Sequence record: MW508890.1
Source: Phage PEA2-3
Length of the DNA stretch: 52,770 bases
Direction: 5' to 3' (one strand)
Below are positions 34,760-45,148 of the stretch, in pieces. A model generated the notes under the pieces. The model was given only the letters and a program-made list of their open reading frames with translations. It did no database searches and was not told where the DNA came from. The translations under genes and the position numbers were made by a program. Within the stretch, counting starts at the first letter, position 1, and each line of letters begins with the position of its first letter.

Positions 34760-37717
34760 TTACGGGCCTAAATCATAAATATCTGCTTTAGCCCCTTTGT
34801 TTTTGTACAGCAGGTATAAGCCCAACCCTCGCAATATTTCGCCAGAGTAAAAACCATAGTACATGGCGTTGCTTTCAGGTCCTGTACCAGTTTCAAGTCG
34901 TAACGCTGGCGACCAACCACCATCCATTACGTGTCCAGGAATACCAGTTATGTCATAGTGGTCTTCCAGCTCATTGACAAGCATGTCCATCAGCTTATCC
35001 AGTCCTGATACTGTTGACCCACAAAGGGCAGACATAGCTGCACCAGCAAGCCATAGTCCGCACATGTGACCTGTGAAGTCTGAAGGGACTGGCAGAGCAA
35101 CACCTTCTTGCGGGAAGTTAGAAGGTGACACACCTCCTGACCTTTCCATGAAGTCAAGCAACCATTTTGACCAGTTATCCACATAAGCAATAAGCTTACT
35201 AGGAACTGGCTTGCCACGGTTTACTAGCTCATACCATCCACGTGCTGCGGAGAAATAAGCACGAGGCTGGTAACCTGACCATGCACTACCATTACCCCAG
35301 TGGTACATAGTAAACGTATCAGGTACACCGTATTTAAAGTTATCCCAACGGTTCCAGATAAAAGCAGACGCACCAGGACCTAGTTGACCAAACTTCTTAA
35401 AGTACCATTGCTGAGAATCGTATAAAAAGTTAACCATGTTGTTCAGCCTGATTGTACCTGCTGCAGTATCGTCATGCGTAAAAACAAACGGATACTGATA
35501 GCCTGGGTAAGGTATACCATGCCAACCATCGAACTGCTTAGAATCAGGGTTATAAATGTTGGAGAACGGAATAACACCTGGCGTGTAAGCAAGGTTATCA
35601 TTCTCATAGTCCAGCACAGTACAGTCGCCTAGCTTAGCTGTGTACGGGTTATCAGCCGAGAAAGTAAGACGATACTTAATCGTATAGCCGATTGGCCAGT
35701 TATAGCGAGGCGGAACATCATTCACACAGTACCAGCTAATACTTGTCGACGTATTAACACCGTCAGGCAGTACAAACGCGAACTGCTTAATCTCACCGAA
35801 TTGTGGGCTGGTAGGTGGTGTACCTGTGTTTTCCTGGTATGACGCCAGCCTGAACTCCCAGGTGCGAATCTGCTGAGTTACCCATCCTGGCGCGGCAGGT
35901 AAATCACGTACCCAACTCCAGCCTTGCGCATCAGTTACTTTTATGCACAACGGACCTGTAGAAGTATACGTCAGCGAGTTTAAAGGTGCCTGGGAAGATT
36001 CCAGTAGCCAAAAGCCTATAATGGCACCTGACGAACTATCCGGTATTGTCATACGGACAGTGTTGCCACGTCTGTTGTCAAGTATGTCAGTACGGTAAGA
36101 CACTGCAATAGTGGCATTGCCATAATCAGTGGATGAACGAATATCAGCTAAGATATACTCAGAACCATCTGGCTTAGTACCTGCGACAAAATCGCTTAAC
36201 GGAATGTCGTAGTTAGCAGGTGAAGCACCAAGAGCAGGTAGCTGTGTGACAAAACGATAGATGTTTTGCTCAACGTCAACCTTTTCACGGTTCATGTACA
36301 TTTCCACCTTGACACTAATATTCTGACCAGCATCATCTTTGCCACCAACCTCTGTACGTATCTTAGCTGTTGGCTTACACTTAAACCATACAGCCTGTTG
36401 CTCCAGAGATGATTGAGCTTTTTGGTTCTGGCGTAGAACTATATAACCATTTTCATCACGTGAATATATAGCTTGTGCCAGTTCAGGATAAGACCAATCA
36501 TAAGAGATACCATCAGTAAACGGAGATGACGCGTGAGAGTCTTGACGGAAGAACTGGTCTTGTTTATCAATATCAATATACTCCTCCAGCGTAAACAGGA
36601 CAGCTTGCCAAGCGTTGTAATACTTTTGCTCGTTAGTAATTCGCCACAGCATATAGCAGCAGTCACAGAACCACAACTCAGCATCAGCAGCATTACCGCG
36701 TTGAAGCTCGCCGTACAATGGAACGTTTACCGGTCTGTTGTGCCATACTTCATTTCGCTTAAGCAAATAACCACCGTGTTCAACAGGAAGCTTAACGGCA
36801 TAGTTAAGCAGATACACACCGTTAACAGTGTGGTCACGGAGTTGAATCTCACCTCTGCGAGAGTCAGGCAGTCCAGTCTCAAGAATCTCGCCTCCCCATA
36901 GCTCATCGTTTTTGCCAGGCAGAACACCAATCTTGTTATTGGTCCATGCAACAATATACTCGATGAGATGTACAGGAGGTTCAGCCGCTGACCAGTCCAC
37001 AGTGTAGCTTGGTTCACCCAGATACCTCGGCCAGTCAATCCAGGCTAACTGATTCCACGGGTCAGCTGGCATGGTAGTGATGCGATAATTGTTGTAAATA
37101 TCGTCCCAGTCAACTTTATTTTTAATAACACGGACACCACCATTAATAGCAGGCCAAGCCATGTGTCCCCTGTGGGCCCAAGTAGCAACATCCAGGTACT
37201 CGCCCCAGAAAGGAGAACCATGAGGGATTTGTGCTTTGCCGTTAACAAATTTAACTGGCACATTTTTATAGCCGCCTTGTGTTGGTGAATCAGGGTTGAT
37301 TGGGAAGCTGGCCAACACAGGCTCTTTGCCATTACAAAGCCAGTTAGCGATCCAGCGACGAGGAGTATCAGGTATTGGGTCCCCCTCGTAATAGTACTTG
37401 ACGTAAGCATTGAAGTATTCAATTGCTTTGTCAAGGTACCGCTGTTCCTTAGTAGCAAGGTACGCATGAATTTCGCCGAGTATTAGCAGCGACTGACTTT
37501 CAGACGGAGCATCACCGTTAGGTTGATACTCCATCATGGTGTGTGCAATAAAATGGCGGTTGTTCGACACTACTCCTTCTGGGTTGAAGATATAATGCTG
37601 ACGCGTAGCGTCGTCAGTTCTGCCAGTATTGCGCTCAAGAAAATGGTGGTGACCTTCGATAAGGCTTTCGACATTAGCTCGATGGTCTGATCCGTCTTTA
37701 AGCAACATCGTGTGCAT
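34760..37717 (-). CDS. Large virion-associated protein, function unknown (possible tailspike or polysaccharide-degrading enzyme)
   Basis: 985 aa, Trp/Tyr/Gly/Asn-rich, inside the structural block; no catalytic motif recognised. Confidence 0.3.
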   Translation of the reverse strand: MHTMLLKDGSDHRANVESLIEGHHHFLERNTGRTDDATRQHYIFNPEGVVSNNRHFIAHTMMEYQPNGDAPSESQSLLILGEIHAYLATKEQRYLDKAIEYFNAYVKYYYEGDPIPDTPRRWIANWLCNGKEPVLASFPINPDSPTQGGYKNVPVKFVNGKAQIPHGSPFWGEYLDVATWAHRGHMAWPAINGGVRVIKNKVDWDDIYNNYRITTMPADPWNQLAWIDWPRYLGEPSYTVDWSAAEPPVHLIEYIVAWTNNKIGVLPGKNDELWGGEILETGLPDSRRGEIQLRDHTVNGVYLLNYAVKLPVEHGGYLLKRNEVWHNRPVNVPLYGELQRGNAADAELWFCDCCYMLWRITNEQKYYNAWQAVLFTLEEYIDIDKQDQFFRQDSHASSPFTDGISYDWSYPELAQAIYSRDENGYIVLRQNQKAQSSLEQQAVWFKCKPTAKIRTEVGGKDDAGQNISVKVEMYMNREKVDVEQNIYRFVTQLPALGASPANYDIPLSDFVAGTKPDGSEYILADIRSSTDYGNATIAVSYRTDILDNRRGNTVRMTIPDSSSGAIIGFWLLESSQAPLNSLTYTSTGPLCIKVTDAQGWSWVRDLPAAPGWVTQQIRTWEFRLASYQENTGTPPTSPQFGEIKQFAFVLPDGVNTSTSISWYCVNDVPPRYNWPIGYTIKYRLTFSADNPYTAKLGDCTVLDYENDNLAYTPGVIPFSNIYNPDSKQFDGWHGIPYPGYQYPFVFTHDDTAAGTIRLNNMVNFLYDSQQWYFKKFGQLGPGASAFIWNRWDNFKYGVPDTFTMYHWGNGSAWSGYQPRAYFSAARGWYELVNRGKPVPSKLIAYVDNWSKWLLDFMERSGGVSPSNFPQEGVALPVPSDFTGHMCGLWLAGAAMSALCGSTVSGLDKLMDMLVNELEDHYDITGIPGHVMDGGWSPALRLETGTGPESNAMYYGFYSGEILRGLGLYLLYKNKGAKADIYDLGP

Positions 37718-38340
37718 TATTTAATCCATCCACCGTTAAAGAAACCCATCCAAGTTGCGCCTGAGTCAAAGGTCAGCAACGTAACAACATCTGTGTAACC
37801 CACAAGGAATGACAGAACGGGCTTCCTGTTGTTGGCCCATTTTATTCTGGGATCCCAAGCAGTCACTTTGTTAGAACCAGTGCCTTGCTTAATAGCAATA
37901 GTAATCTGACGCGCAACAGTAGACGGGTCAGATACACCACCGATATTAATTACGGTGTTTGGCTGGTTAAGAGTAAGGCTGACAATTGTTTTAGATGCAG
38001 CTGGTATAGTCACTGTAGCTGCACTTGCAACGTTGCCATACTCATAGATTGCCGACGTCGAAGCTACTGTGGCCTGTTCAGCTGCCGTTTCTGCAGCTTC
38101 TTTGGCTGCAATAGCCGCGTCACGAGCAGCACGCGCCTGGATAGCAGCTTCGTTAGCGTTTTCAAAGTTTGGTATAGCTTCGTTGATTGCAGCGTTAATG
38201 CCTTCGAGTGTGCGTATGACACCGCCTTCCGGGTTAGGGATGTTTGGGTTGTCTGACATACCGAAGTCATGAATGAGCTGGACAGCAGTTGTTAGCTTAT
38301 CCAGCTGCGCTTGCAGTTCCGGGTCTACTCCAGTTGCCAT
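37717..38340 (-). CDS. Hypothetical structural protein
   Basis: 207 aa; Ala-rich helical segment then Thr/Val-rich region; stop overlaps the start of the 985-aa gene. Confidence 0.35.
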   Translation of the reverse strand: MATGVDPELQAQLDKLTTAVQLIHDFGMSDNPNIPNPEGGVIRTLEGINAAINEAIPNFENANEAAIQARAARDAAIAAKEAAETAAEQATVASTSAIYEYGNVASAATVTIPAASKTIVSLTLNQPNTVINIGGVSDPSTVARQITIAIKQGTGSNKVTAWDPRIKWANNRKPVLSFLVGYTDVVTLLTFDSGATWMGFFNGGWIK

Positions 38341-38867
38341 TACGGTTCCTCTACTGTACCAGTCGCTTTGTTACCGTTGTCATCCATACAAGTGATGTCA
38401 ACCTTGTAGATGTACGGTTGCTCAATTTTAACTTTATGCACATAGCTAATGTCAACAGTCATCATTGACTTCTGCGCATAGCCTGCACCAATAGCACCAC
38501 CGACATTATCAATCTTCGATATTTTGGTTATTGCATAATGTCGTAAACGGTTAAACTGCTTAGCTGGTGAGCTACCCAGCGCTATGTGTAGCTTACGCAT
38601 TAGCTCAGCAGCATTCTTACCGACAGCTGTAATACGTACAGCCGTTATCATTGGCTTGCTGACGTACTCAAAGCCGTCAGAGCCTTGTCTGGTTCTAGGT
38701 GGTCCGAAGTCATAAGCATCACCAGGACGCAGATAAACATACGGTGTACCATCAACTGTACCAGACTCTTCACCAATAATACATGAACCGTCAGGTAATG
38801 TTAAAAGCTTCTGAACGAGCTCCCTGAGGTCCTTTATGGAGAATTGCTGTAACGTAGTAGTGGCCAT
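38340..38867 (-). CDS. Hypothetical virion protein
   Basis: Start moved to the internal ATG preceded by ggagtcgtc (track ORF 38340..38897). Confidence 0.4.
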   Translation of the reverse strand: MATTTLQQFSIKDLRELVQKLLTLPDGSCIIGEESGTVDGTPYVYLRPGDAYDFGPPRTRQGSDGFEYVSKPMITAVRITAVGKNAAELMRKLHIALGSSPAKQFNRLRHYAITKISKIDNVGGAIGAGYAQKSMMTVDISYVHKVKIEQPYIYKVDITCMDDNGNKATGTVEEP

Positions 38868-39168
38868 GACGACTCCATGGGTCGATACGGAATACACGGT
38901 ATGGCTGGTCTTCGTATATAACGAAGTCTCCGAGCTTCAGCTCTTGTCCACAGTATATCGCAATACGTGGGAACTCATGCTCGCCATCGTCTTTAGTCAA
39001 CAGGTTAGGCTGGTTAGTAGCTGCACCAGGTTGAATGTTACACAGATACTTTGCAGCTGTATATTCGTCTTCGAAGTCACCGTTTGGTAAGCGCGAATCA
39101 TTTCGGAGAAGAACATCTGTTAATGCTACAAAGGTTTTATCCTTCATTAGCGAAGTTATCTTGAGCAT
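38791..39168 (-). CDS. Hypothetical head-tail joining protein
   Basis: 125 aa within the connector gene run; overlaps the downstream gene by about 77 nt. Confidence 0.35.
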   Translation of the reverse strand: MLKITSLMKDKTFVALTDVLLRNDSRLPNGDFEDEYTAAKYLCNIQPGAATNQPNLLTKDDGEHEFPRIAIYCGQELKLGDFVIYEDQPYRVFRIDPWSRHGHYYVTAILHKGPQGARSEAFNIT

Positions 39169-39656
39169 TATAGCCTCCAGTTTCTGCCAACTTTGTACCC
39201 TATCGAATCATACAACTGCATAGATTCTCTAAGTGTACCAGGCCCGCGTTTGCGTTCTTCTGTCAGCTCGGTGTTAGGAGGTGGCACGTCACTGTCCATT
39301 CTGTCGTGAACAGCATCAACAAGCATACGACCTATTTTGTCGTTAAGCTCATGCGCAGTCATGCTTCCTCTGAGAACAACAGGTACATTATCACGGAAAG
39401 CTTTGTTTATTGCCTGTCGGCCTTTACCCCTGCCACCAACAGCACTACGAAGAAAGCTTCGTTCTGGCAGACCGTTAAGACCGTACTCATGCACCATTGC
39501 TAGCTCGGCGTTTGTTATACGGTCCCTGGGATTTATACGTCTGTTGTGCTCTGGATGAACACCTACTGATACGCCTTGACCTTCAAACGACTTAAAGGCA
39601 CGGTAGGTGAACTCGAACTTTTGTTTGTCGCGACGTTCAAGGCGTATACGAATCAT
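39168..39656 (-). CDS. Hypothetical head completion / neck protein
   Basis: Start at MIRIRLERR ATG so that start and upstream stop overlap (track ORF 39168..39725). Confidence 0.35.
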   Translation of the reverse strand: MIRIRLERRDKQKFEFTYRAFKSFEGQGVSVGVHPEHNRRINPRDRITNAELAMVHEYGLNGLPERSFLRSAVGGRGKGRQAINKAFRDNVPVVLRGSMTAHELNDKIGRMLVDAVHDRMDSDVPPPNTELTEERKRGPGTLRESMQLYDSIGYKVGRNWRL

Positions 39657-40156
39657 TATACTCTCCGCGTTCTCAGTGATGCACCCACAAGGTGCTTGAG
39701 CATGACCTTGACGTCTGACGTCCAAAGGTCAGTTGCACCGGTAACACCTGATTTGGAGTCGAAGTATTCAATCTCCAGGTTACCAACTTTCTTACGGCGC
39801 AAAGCCTGGTCGCTACGCACACCTTCTTCACCGTCGTAGCTCAATACACTGGCCATCATATAAAGCTGTGCCAGCTTAACTTCTCGCGGAATTACAGACT
39901 CCGCGATGTCAACATTGCATGCACCGAGACCAGTACGGGGCCAAGCCATACTCTGTGTTTTGCTGACCTTACGACCTAGCCAGTTAAACTGGTTATCAAG
40001 TCGGATAGCTGCTTTGGCAGCCTGGTAATACGGGTCAGTTCCTGGTTGAATGAGAATACCTTCGTTAGTGATAAACTCATCAACTTCTGCGGCGCTAACA
40101 TACGAGTTAGCACCAGGAACAATTGAACCGTCTTCCACAACAAGTGTGTATGCCAT
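39656..40156 (-). CDS. Head-tail adaptor (putative)
   Basis: 166 aa immediately after the capsid gene terminator; by position. Confidence 0.35.
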   Translation of the reverse strand: MAYTLVVEDGSIVPGANSYVSAAEVDEFITNEGILIQPGTDPYYQAAKAAIRLDNQFNWLGRKVSKTQSMAWPRTGLGACNVDIAESVIPREVKLAQLYMMASVLSYDGEEGVRSDQALRRKKVGNLEIEYFDSKSGVTGATDLWTSDVKVMLKHLVGASLRTRRV

Positions 40157-40210
40157 AGAAAGCCTCCAGCAAGTTTAGTCCGATTATATACCAGAACTTT
40201 ATACGTGTAA

Positions 40211-40246
40211 ATAAAAAAGACGAGCTCGTCAGCTCGTCTTTTGTTA
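40211..40246. terminator. Palindromic terminator downstream of the major capsid gene
   Basis: aaaaaa-agacgagct-cgtc-agctcgtct-tttgtt; A/T tracts on both sides. Confidence 0.65.
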
Positions 40247-40260
40247 GTCCCGTTTGTGGG

Positions 40261-41238
40261 TTAGATTGCAGACTTAGCCAGCAACATAACACCAGCGGTG
40301 TCTTTGTTGGAAGTCGCAACTTTAGACCAGGAAGCCTGAGCAGCCAGGTCTTCATCAGTCGGAGACTGACCAGCTTTGTGACCGACCCAGCTGTAGCCTT
40401 TCAGCGACACGTTGAAGTCGTATTCACCCTGCATCTGACGCAGGATGTTTTCACCACCGGTTTGCTCGGAGGTAACCATGTCGTACAGGCCGCCGACCTG
40501 AACGATTGCAGCAGACGGGGTCAGACCCAGAGTGCGGTACTTAGCGGAAGCACCGGCGCCATCAACCAGAGCCGGGATGTCAGAAACGACATAACGACGA
40601 CCCAGGAAGTCTTTGTACACGTTCAGGTCACCAATCTGGAACAGGTGTTCCGTGTTGTTGATAGCCTGATCGATTAGGGAGTGGAACGCAGTAGAGTGCA
40701 TGATGTACGCACGAATCTGCTGAGAACGGTCACCCATCTTCGCGTTGACTTTGTTCAGGTTCTGCATGGTGATGTTTGCAGCAGCACCGGAGCCTGAAGT
40801 TACGTCCAGAACAACATCAGCGTTTGCGCCGATAGCAGCTACCAGACATGCAGCAGTGGTATTCAGGTAATCCTGGAACATTGCAGCAGAAGCCTGTGCA
40901 GCAACAACAGCTGCTGGTTCAGTGTCACCTGCACCGATGCGACGCATCATAGTACCGGTAATGTTCAGAGGACCAACACGGCCGTCGATTTTAACAGAGC
41001 GGTCCAGAATCTGGCCCAGAGTCTGCGCATCAACTTTGTTGGTGCCAGCGTAAGCATTACGGCGGGTAGCGATGCCGTCAACCAGCTGCCACATTGCCTG
41101 CTCAACGTAATCACCAATTACGTACTGGTTACCCAGGATAAGGGTACCTGCAGAAGCTTCGTTGAACTTCTGTACGTCCTGGTCGACCAGTTCGGTGGCG
41201 GTAGAACGTACTTGTTCGTTAAAAATATACAGTGACAT
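40261..41238 (-). CDS. Major capsid protein
   Basis: 325 aa directly after the scaffold-like gene and before a strong terminator; GC-rich codon usage; by position and size. Confidence 0.6.
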   Translation of the reverse strand: MSLYIFNEQVRSTATELVDQDVQKFNEASAGTLILGNQYVIGDYVEQAMWQLVDGIATRRNAYAGTNKVDAQTLGQILDRSVKIDGRVGPLNITGTMMRRIGAGDTEPAAVVAAQASAAMFQDYLNTTAACLVAAIGANADVVLDVTSGSGAAANITMQNLNKVNAKMGDRSQQIRAYIMHSTAFHSLIDQAINNTEHLFQIGDLNVYKDFLGRRYVVSDIPALVDGAGASAKYRTLGLTPSAAIVQVGGLYDMVTSEQTGGENILRQMQGEYDFNVSLKGYSWVGHKAGQSPTDEDLAAQASWSKVATSNKDTAGVMLLAKSAI

Positions 41239-41241
41239 AAC

Positions 41242-41955
41242 TTATTTGCCCCATTGTGTGTTTTGGATTTTAGCACGAGCACGTGCTATGCGGTCATCCC
41301 CGCCCCCGAAAGTGTGCTGTTCGCCACCGCCGTTCCCACCAGGATTAGCTCCGCCGCCGTTGGCACCGCCACCGCCAGCCTTGGTTCCACGCACAAGAGG
41401 TGCAAACTGCTTATCAGCGCGCATATGCTCCACTAGCTCATCTGGCGTTGTAGCAGTCGGGTTACCCATAACATCCACGACGATAGTACGCCACTTACCA
41501 TCAATTTCCTGAGCGCGCAGTCGGGCCTTGATGTGTGGCATAATTAATGCCGGGGTGTCAGAGAGTTGGTTAGCCAGGTTCAACGCGATGTTATCAACCA
41601 TCTGCGCTTCCAGCTGTGCTTGCAGCTGTGCCTGACGACTGGTATACTGTTCAAGTTCAGCCTGATGCTTCTCTTTGATTGAACGCTCAAGAGATTCAAC
41701 ATCACGCTCACGACGTGCGCGTTCTTCTTCAGCGAGGCGAGCACGTTCAGCTTCTTTTTTCTTCTCTTCGAGAAGTTTTTTGGTGTGCTGCTCCATACGC
41801 TGTTTTTCTTTGCGCAGGTCTTCTAATTCTTTCAGCGTTTTTTCGTCTGGTTCAACATCCAAACGAAACGCACCGGACGCGTCGTCTTTGATATACAGGC
41901 CGCGGAAGCCTTCATCAACTTCGTTAAGGTCAGTTACAACTGTTTTAAGTGCCAT
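41242..41955 (-). CDS. Scaffolding protein
   Basis: 237 aa, charged coiled-coil-like middle (EEKKKEAERARLAEEERARRERD), Gly-rich C-terminus; between portal and capsid. Confidence 0.55.
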   Translation of the reverse strand: MALKTVVTDLNEVDEGFRGLYIKDDASGAFRLDVEPDEKTLKELEDLRKEKQRMEQHTKKLLEEKKKEAERARLAEEERARRERDVESLERSIKEKHQAELEQYTSRQAQLQAQLEAQMVDNIALNLANQLSDTPALIMPHIKARLRAQEIDGKWRTIVVDVMGNPTATTPDELVEHMRADKQFAPLVRGTKAGGGGANGGGANPGGNGGGEQHTFGGGDDRIARARAKIQNTQWGK

Positions 41956-42132
41956 AATTTTACAATCCTATATGAGAGGGGCTCAATCCACTCAAGTGGG
42001 CTCCGAACAGGTTTGGGTCAAACCGCGCAGCCAGCCATCCGAAATCCACTGAGCCCTGCAGACTCTCGTGGCCGGCTGTTGCGCGGTTGACATGAAGGAT
42101 TATATAGCCAGGTAAACCGAAAGTAAATAGCT

Positions 42133-43695
42133 TTATTCAGTTTTTTCTGGATTATTTTCCTGCCCATCGCTGTTCTTAGCTGCTTGAGCGTTCTTTTCTG
42201 CTTCTTTTGCTACCTCACGCGCATCGCGTTCAGCCAGCTCTTCATCAATTAGCTTCTTGGCTTCTTCGTCGGTGAGCTTAGCAATGCCAGCTTGTTTAAG
42301 ATTGCTACGCATTTCACTAAACGTGATAGCACCGGCAATCCATTCATTAACCAGCTGCTGACGTTCTTGATAAGTCAACTGGCTATAGATGAAGTTGTAG
42401 CTGAGGTTAATCGTAATTTCTTCTTTAGGGTGTCCGTAGAACAGGCCACACCATTCGATTGCCTTACGATAAGCAGCTTCAACGTTCTGCGCAACAGTTA
42501 CGATAAGCGAAGCTTCAGACGCCGCTTCATTCTTAATCTCAACTTCGCGTCGTTCTACCTTACCATTCTCACGAATCAGACGAGCACCGATTGCAATCAT
42601 CTGTGCTTCTTTTTGCTTCATCGCTTCAAACGGCTGGGTGTTAGGGTTGGTCTGGATAATACCTACAGCGGCGTTAGCCGGCAGCGGAATACCACCAAAC
42701 GAACCGAGTCGCAGTTCACCCTTCAGAACATCTTCAACCCATGCCTCAGTAAGACCAGACGCCCATACTGTGGGTTGACCTGTTACGAAGCATGACTCTT
42801 CGTAGTCAGCAGAGTTACGGTAGTGTGCAATATTAAGCACAGCTAAGTCGTACATCGGCGGAGGGTCAATCTCAGCGCTGTTTGTTTCAGAACCAATAAA
42901 CTGGAACGGAATAAACTTCAGCGGTAAGCCGTTGGAGTCGCGTAAGACAACATTTTCTTGCGTGACATACAACGCACCACCGGAGACGTTCTGCGCATTC
43001 TTGTCGCCCTTATTGACCCACAAAGACTGGTTGCAATTGCCTTCTTCATCCAGGTAAAGGTGACGCCACACGGGTGTGTAGTCTTGCTGAAAGCCATCAG
43101 TAACCCCCGGTATCTGTTCGCAAATGACAACCTGAGTGAGCATCACTTTACCGTTGCGATACTCTTCTCGCCAGTTTATAATCTGCCATGGCATATACAA
43201 CGTTACTGTCGGCTGTACATCTCCATCCATCAGCTCTTTACGGGTAAAGCCAATGGACTCGCCAAATTCACCGATACGTGCTTTAGGGAAGTCAGTCAGC
43301 AGACCTGCGCGACCAAAAGCCAGAACAGACTTGAAGCACTTACGCATTTGCTGAATAGCGCCAATGCCTGCACCGTCGATATTTACTTTCAGCACTTCCA
43401 TATCGTCAGGCATCAACATCTCAGGCTGCTGCTGGAATACCAGACCAGTCATACCCGAAAGAGTTCGCTGTAGTACGTTATAGAACACAGCGCGACGCAG
43501 GTACGAATTGTACCGCATCAGGTTTTCTTCTGTGCAGTTTGTAGGGTCAGGACGGGGCAAGTAGAAATCACCGCGTGCTTTAACAGCTTCCTGACCCTCT
43601 ATGCAGTCCTTAATCATTCGGTACTTACCAGCGTTCTTAGTCAGCTCAGGACGCTGGTATCCGACGTTCGGCGTGCTGCTTGGGGTTATCGACAT
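42133..43695 (-). CDS. Portal protein
   Basis: 520 aa immediately downstream of the large terminase, acidic C-terminus; by position and size. Confidence 0.55.
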   Translation of the reverse strand: MSITPSSTPNVGYQRPELTKNAGKYRMIKDCIEGQEAVKARGDFYLPRPDPTNCTEENLMRYNSYLRRAVFYNVLQRTLSGMTGLVFQQQPEMLMPDDMEVLKVNIDGAGIGAIQQMRKCFKSVLAFGRAGLLTDFPKARIGEFGESIGFTRKELMDGDVQPTVTLYMPWQIINWREEYRNGKVMLTQVVICEQIPGVTDGFQQDYTPVWRHLYLDEEGNCNQSLWVNKGDKNAQNVSGGALYVTQENVVLRDSNGLPLKFIPFQFIGSETNSAEIDPPPMYDLAVLNIAHYRNSADYEESCFVTGQPTVWASGLTEAWVEDVLKGELRLGSFGGIPLPANAAVGIIQTNPNTQPFEAMKQKEAQMIAIGARLIRENGKVERREVEIKNEAASEASLIVTVAQNVEAAYRKAIEWCGLFYGHPKEEITINLSYNFIYSQLTYQERQQLVNEWIAGAITFSEMRSNLKQAGIAKLTDEEAKKLIDEELAERDAREVAKEAEKNAQAAKNSDGQENNPEKTE

Positions 43696-43696
43696 T

Positions 43697-45145
43697 TTAC
43701 CGTCCCATATTTATTTTGAGCTTGGTAGTATAACGGTTGATGCCACGCAACACCATGTAACGACAATCATCGTATACGTGGTCTTCAGAGTTCGTGTCGA
43801 CATCTTCCGTGTTGTTCTTGTCACGCGGCAGAACCGGCAACGTGTTTATGGCTGCTGGACAGTTTTCCATGAAATAAATGCCCGGCTTTTCCGTTTCGTC
43901 CATCTTAACATTTTTCAGAAGCTGACGGAATAGCTCTAAGCCATTTATTCTCGAACCTTGTGACTTGTCGGCCTTGACCCAGGTTACGCCTTCGTCTTCC
44001 ATTTTCTTCGCGATAGTCTCAACGTCTTTTTCCTTGCACGCATAAATCTGACTATCAGCCGGACCAGGATTAACGTTGCTTTGAATCCAGCCACCAGCCT
44101 GCAGATTTTCCTGTAGACGAATAATACCTTGAGCGACTTCGGCAGCAGATAATTTAATACCCCTGTTAGCTTCTTTTTCAGAGCACCCATACCATTCAGC
44201 TATACGTATAATTGAACCACGCGGAATAAAGTACTCATTGCCTTCGTCGTCTGTAAGCGAGGCACCATTTGCGATAGCCCAGATACCAACAGAGAACGGG
44301 TGAGTAGAACCCCAGTCAAGAGAACGTTCGATAGTCCAGCCTTTCGGAATACGCATACGCGGTAGAATACACTTGGTTGACCATACGTCGTCAAGCGCAC
44401 CACCAGCAACAATATCCCAGTCGCCTTCCTTCATAGCAGCAACAAGAGCCGGGTCACCAAGACCTTCAAGACGGTCGCCGTAGTCAGGGTCGTTTTCCAT
44501 CAGTGTAGGGTTATCAGTCATTTTAGCCGGAATGTACTGACGCGCCATACCACCTTCGCGTTTTTCCTGCTTAACGATTTTCATCGGAGGAGCAGCAGTT
44601 ACGAAAGTACGCTTAACCCAGTTGTGACCAACACCACCGGGGTTTGACCCACAAAAGATGAGTGGCAGTGGCCGGAAAAAGTTCTCAGGGACTTTGAGAG
44701 CACCGAGTCGGACACGGTTACGCAAGAAGCGGTACATCGTTTCTGTGAAGTGAGTAAGCTCATCCATCAGCAGAACGTGAATCTCCGCACCCTGGTATGT
44801 ATAAATATCTTTTTCATACTGGAGGTGGCAGAGCTTGATGTTCGCACCGTTCCAGAATTTAATCGTGTTGCTCGAGTAGTTAATCTTGCACTTGCCAGCT
44901 TTGCACATACCGTCCAGCAAGGCAGGATAACTTGTGGGACCAACCATGTGGTTAGCCGTAAGGTCGTTATAGTTTCGGCGGAAAAGGTAAATCTGCAAGT
45001 CAGGTATCATGCAGCACATGATAATTGACATTACACGCATAAGGTGAGACTTACCACCACCAGCAGCACCACCGTACAGAATCTCAGTTGCCTGAGACTG
45101 CAGAGCGGCACCTTGTCTGTCATGCAGGTGAAAGTCAAGATTCAT
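43697..45145 (-). CDS. Terminase large subunit
   Basis: N-terminal Walker A ILYGGAAGGGKSHLM; 482 aa; acidic residues in the C-terminal half consistent with a nuclease domain. Confidence 0.85.
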   Translation of the reverse strand: MNLDFHLHDRQGAALQSQATEILYGGAAGGGKSHLMRVMSIIMCCMIPDLQIYLFRRNYNDLTANHMVGPTSYPALLDGMCKAGKCKINYSSNTIKFWNGANIKLCHLQYEKDIYTYQGAEIHVLLMDELTHFTETMYRFLRNRVRLGALKVPENFFRPLPLIFCGSNPGGVGHNWVKRTFVTAAPPMKIVKQEKREGGMARQYIPAKMTDNPTLMENDPDYGDRLEGLGDPALVAAMKEGDWDIVAGGALDDVWSTKCILPRMRIPKGWTIERSLDWGSTHPFSVGIWAIANGASLTDDEGNEYFIPRGSIIRIAEWYGCSEKEANRGIKLSAAEVAQGIIRLQENLQAGGWIQSNVNPGPADSQIYACKEKDVETIAKKMEDEGVTWVKADKSQGSRINGLELFRQLLKNVKMDETEKPGIYFMENCPAAINTLPVLPRDKNNTEDVDTNSEDHVYDDCRYMVLRGINRYTTKLKINMGR

Positions 45146-45148
45146 TTA

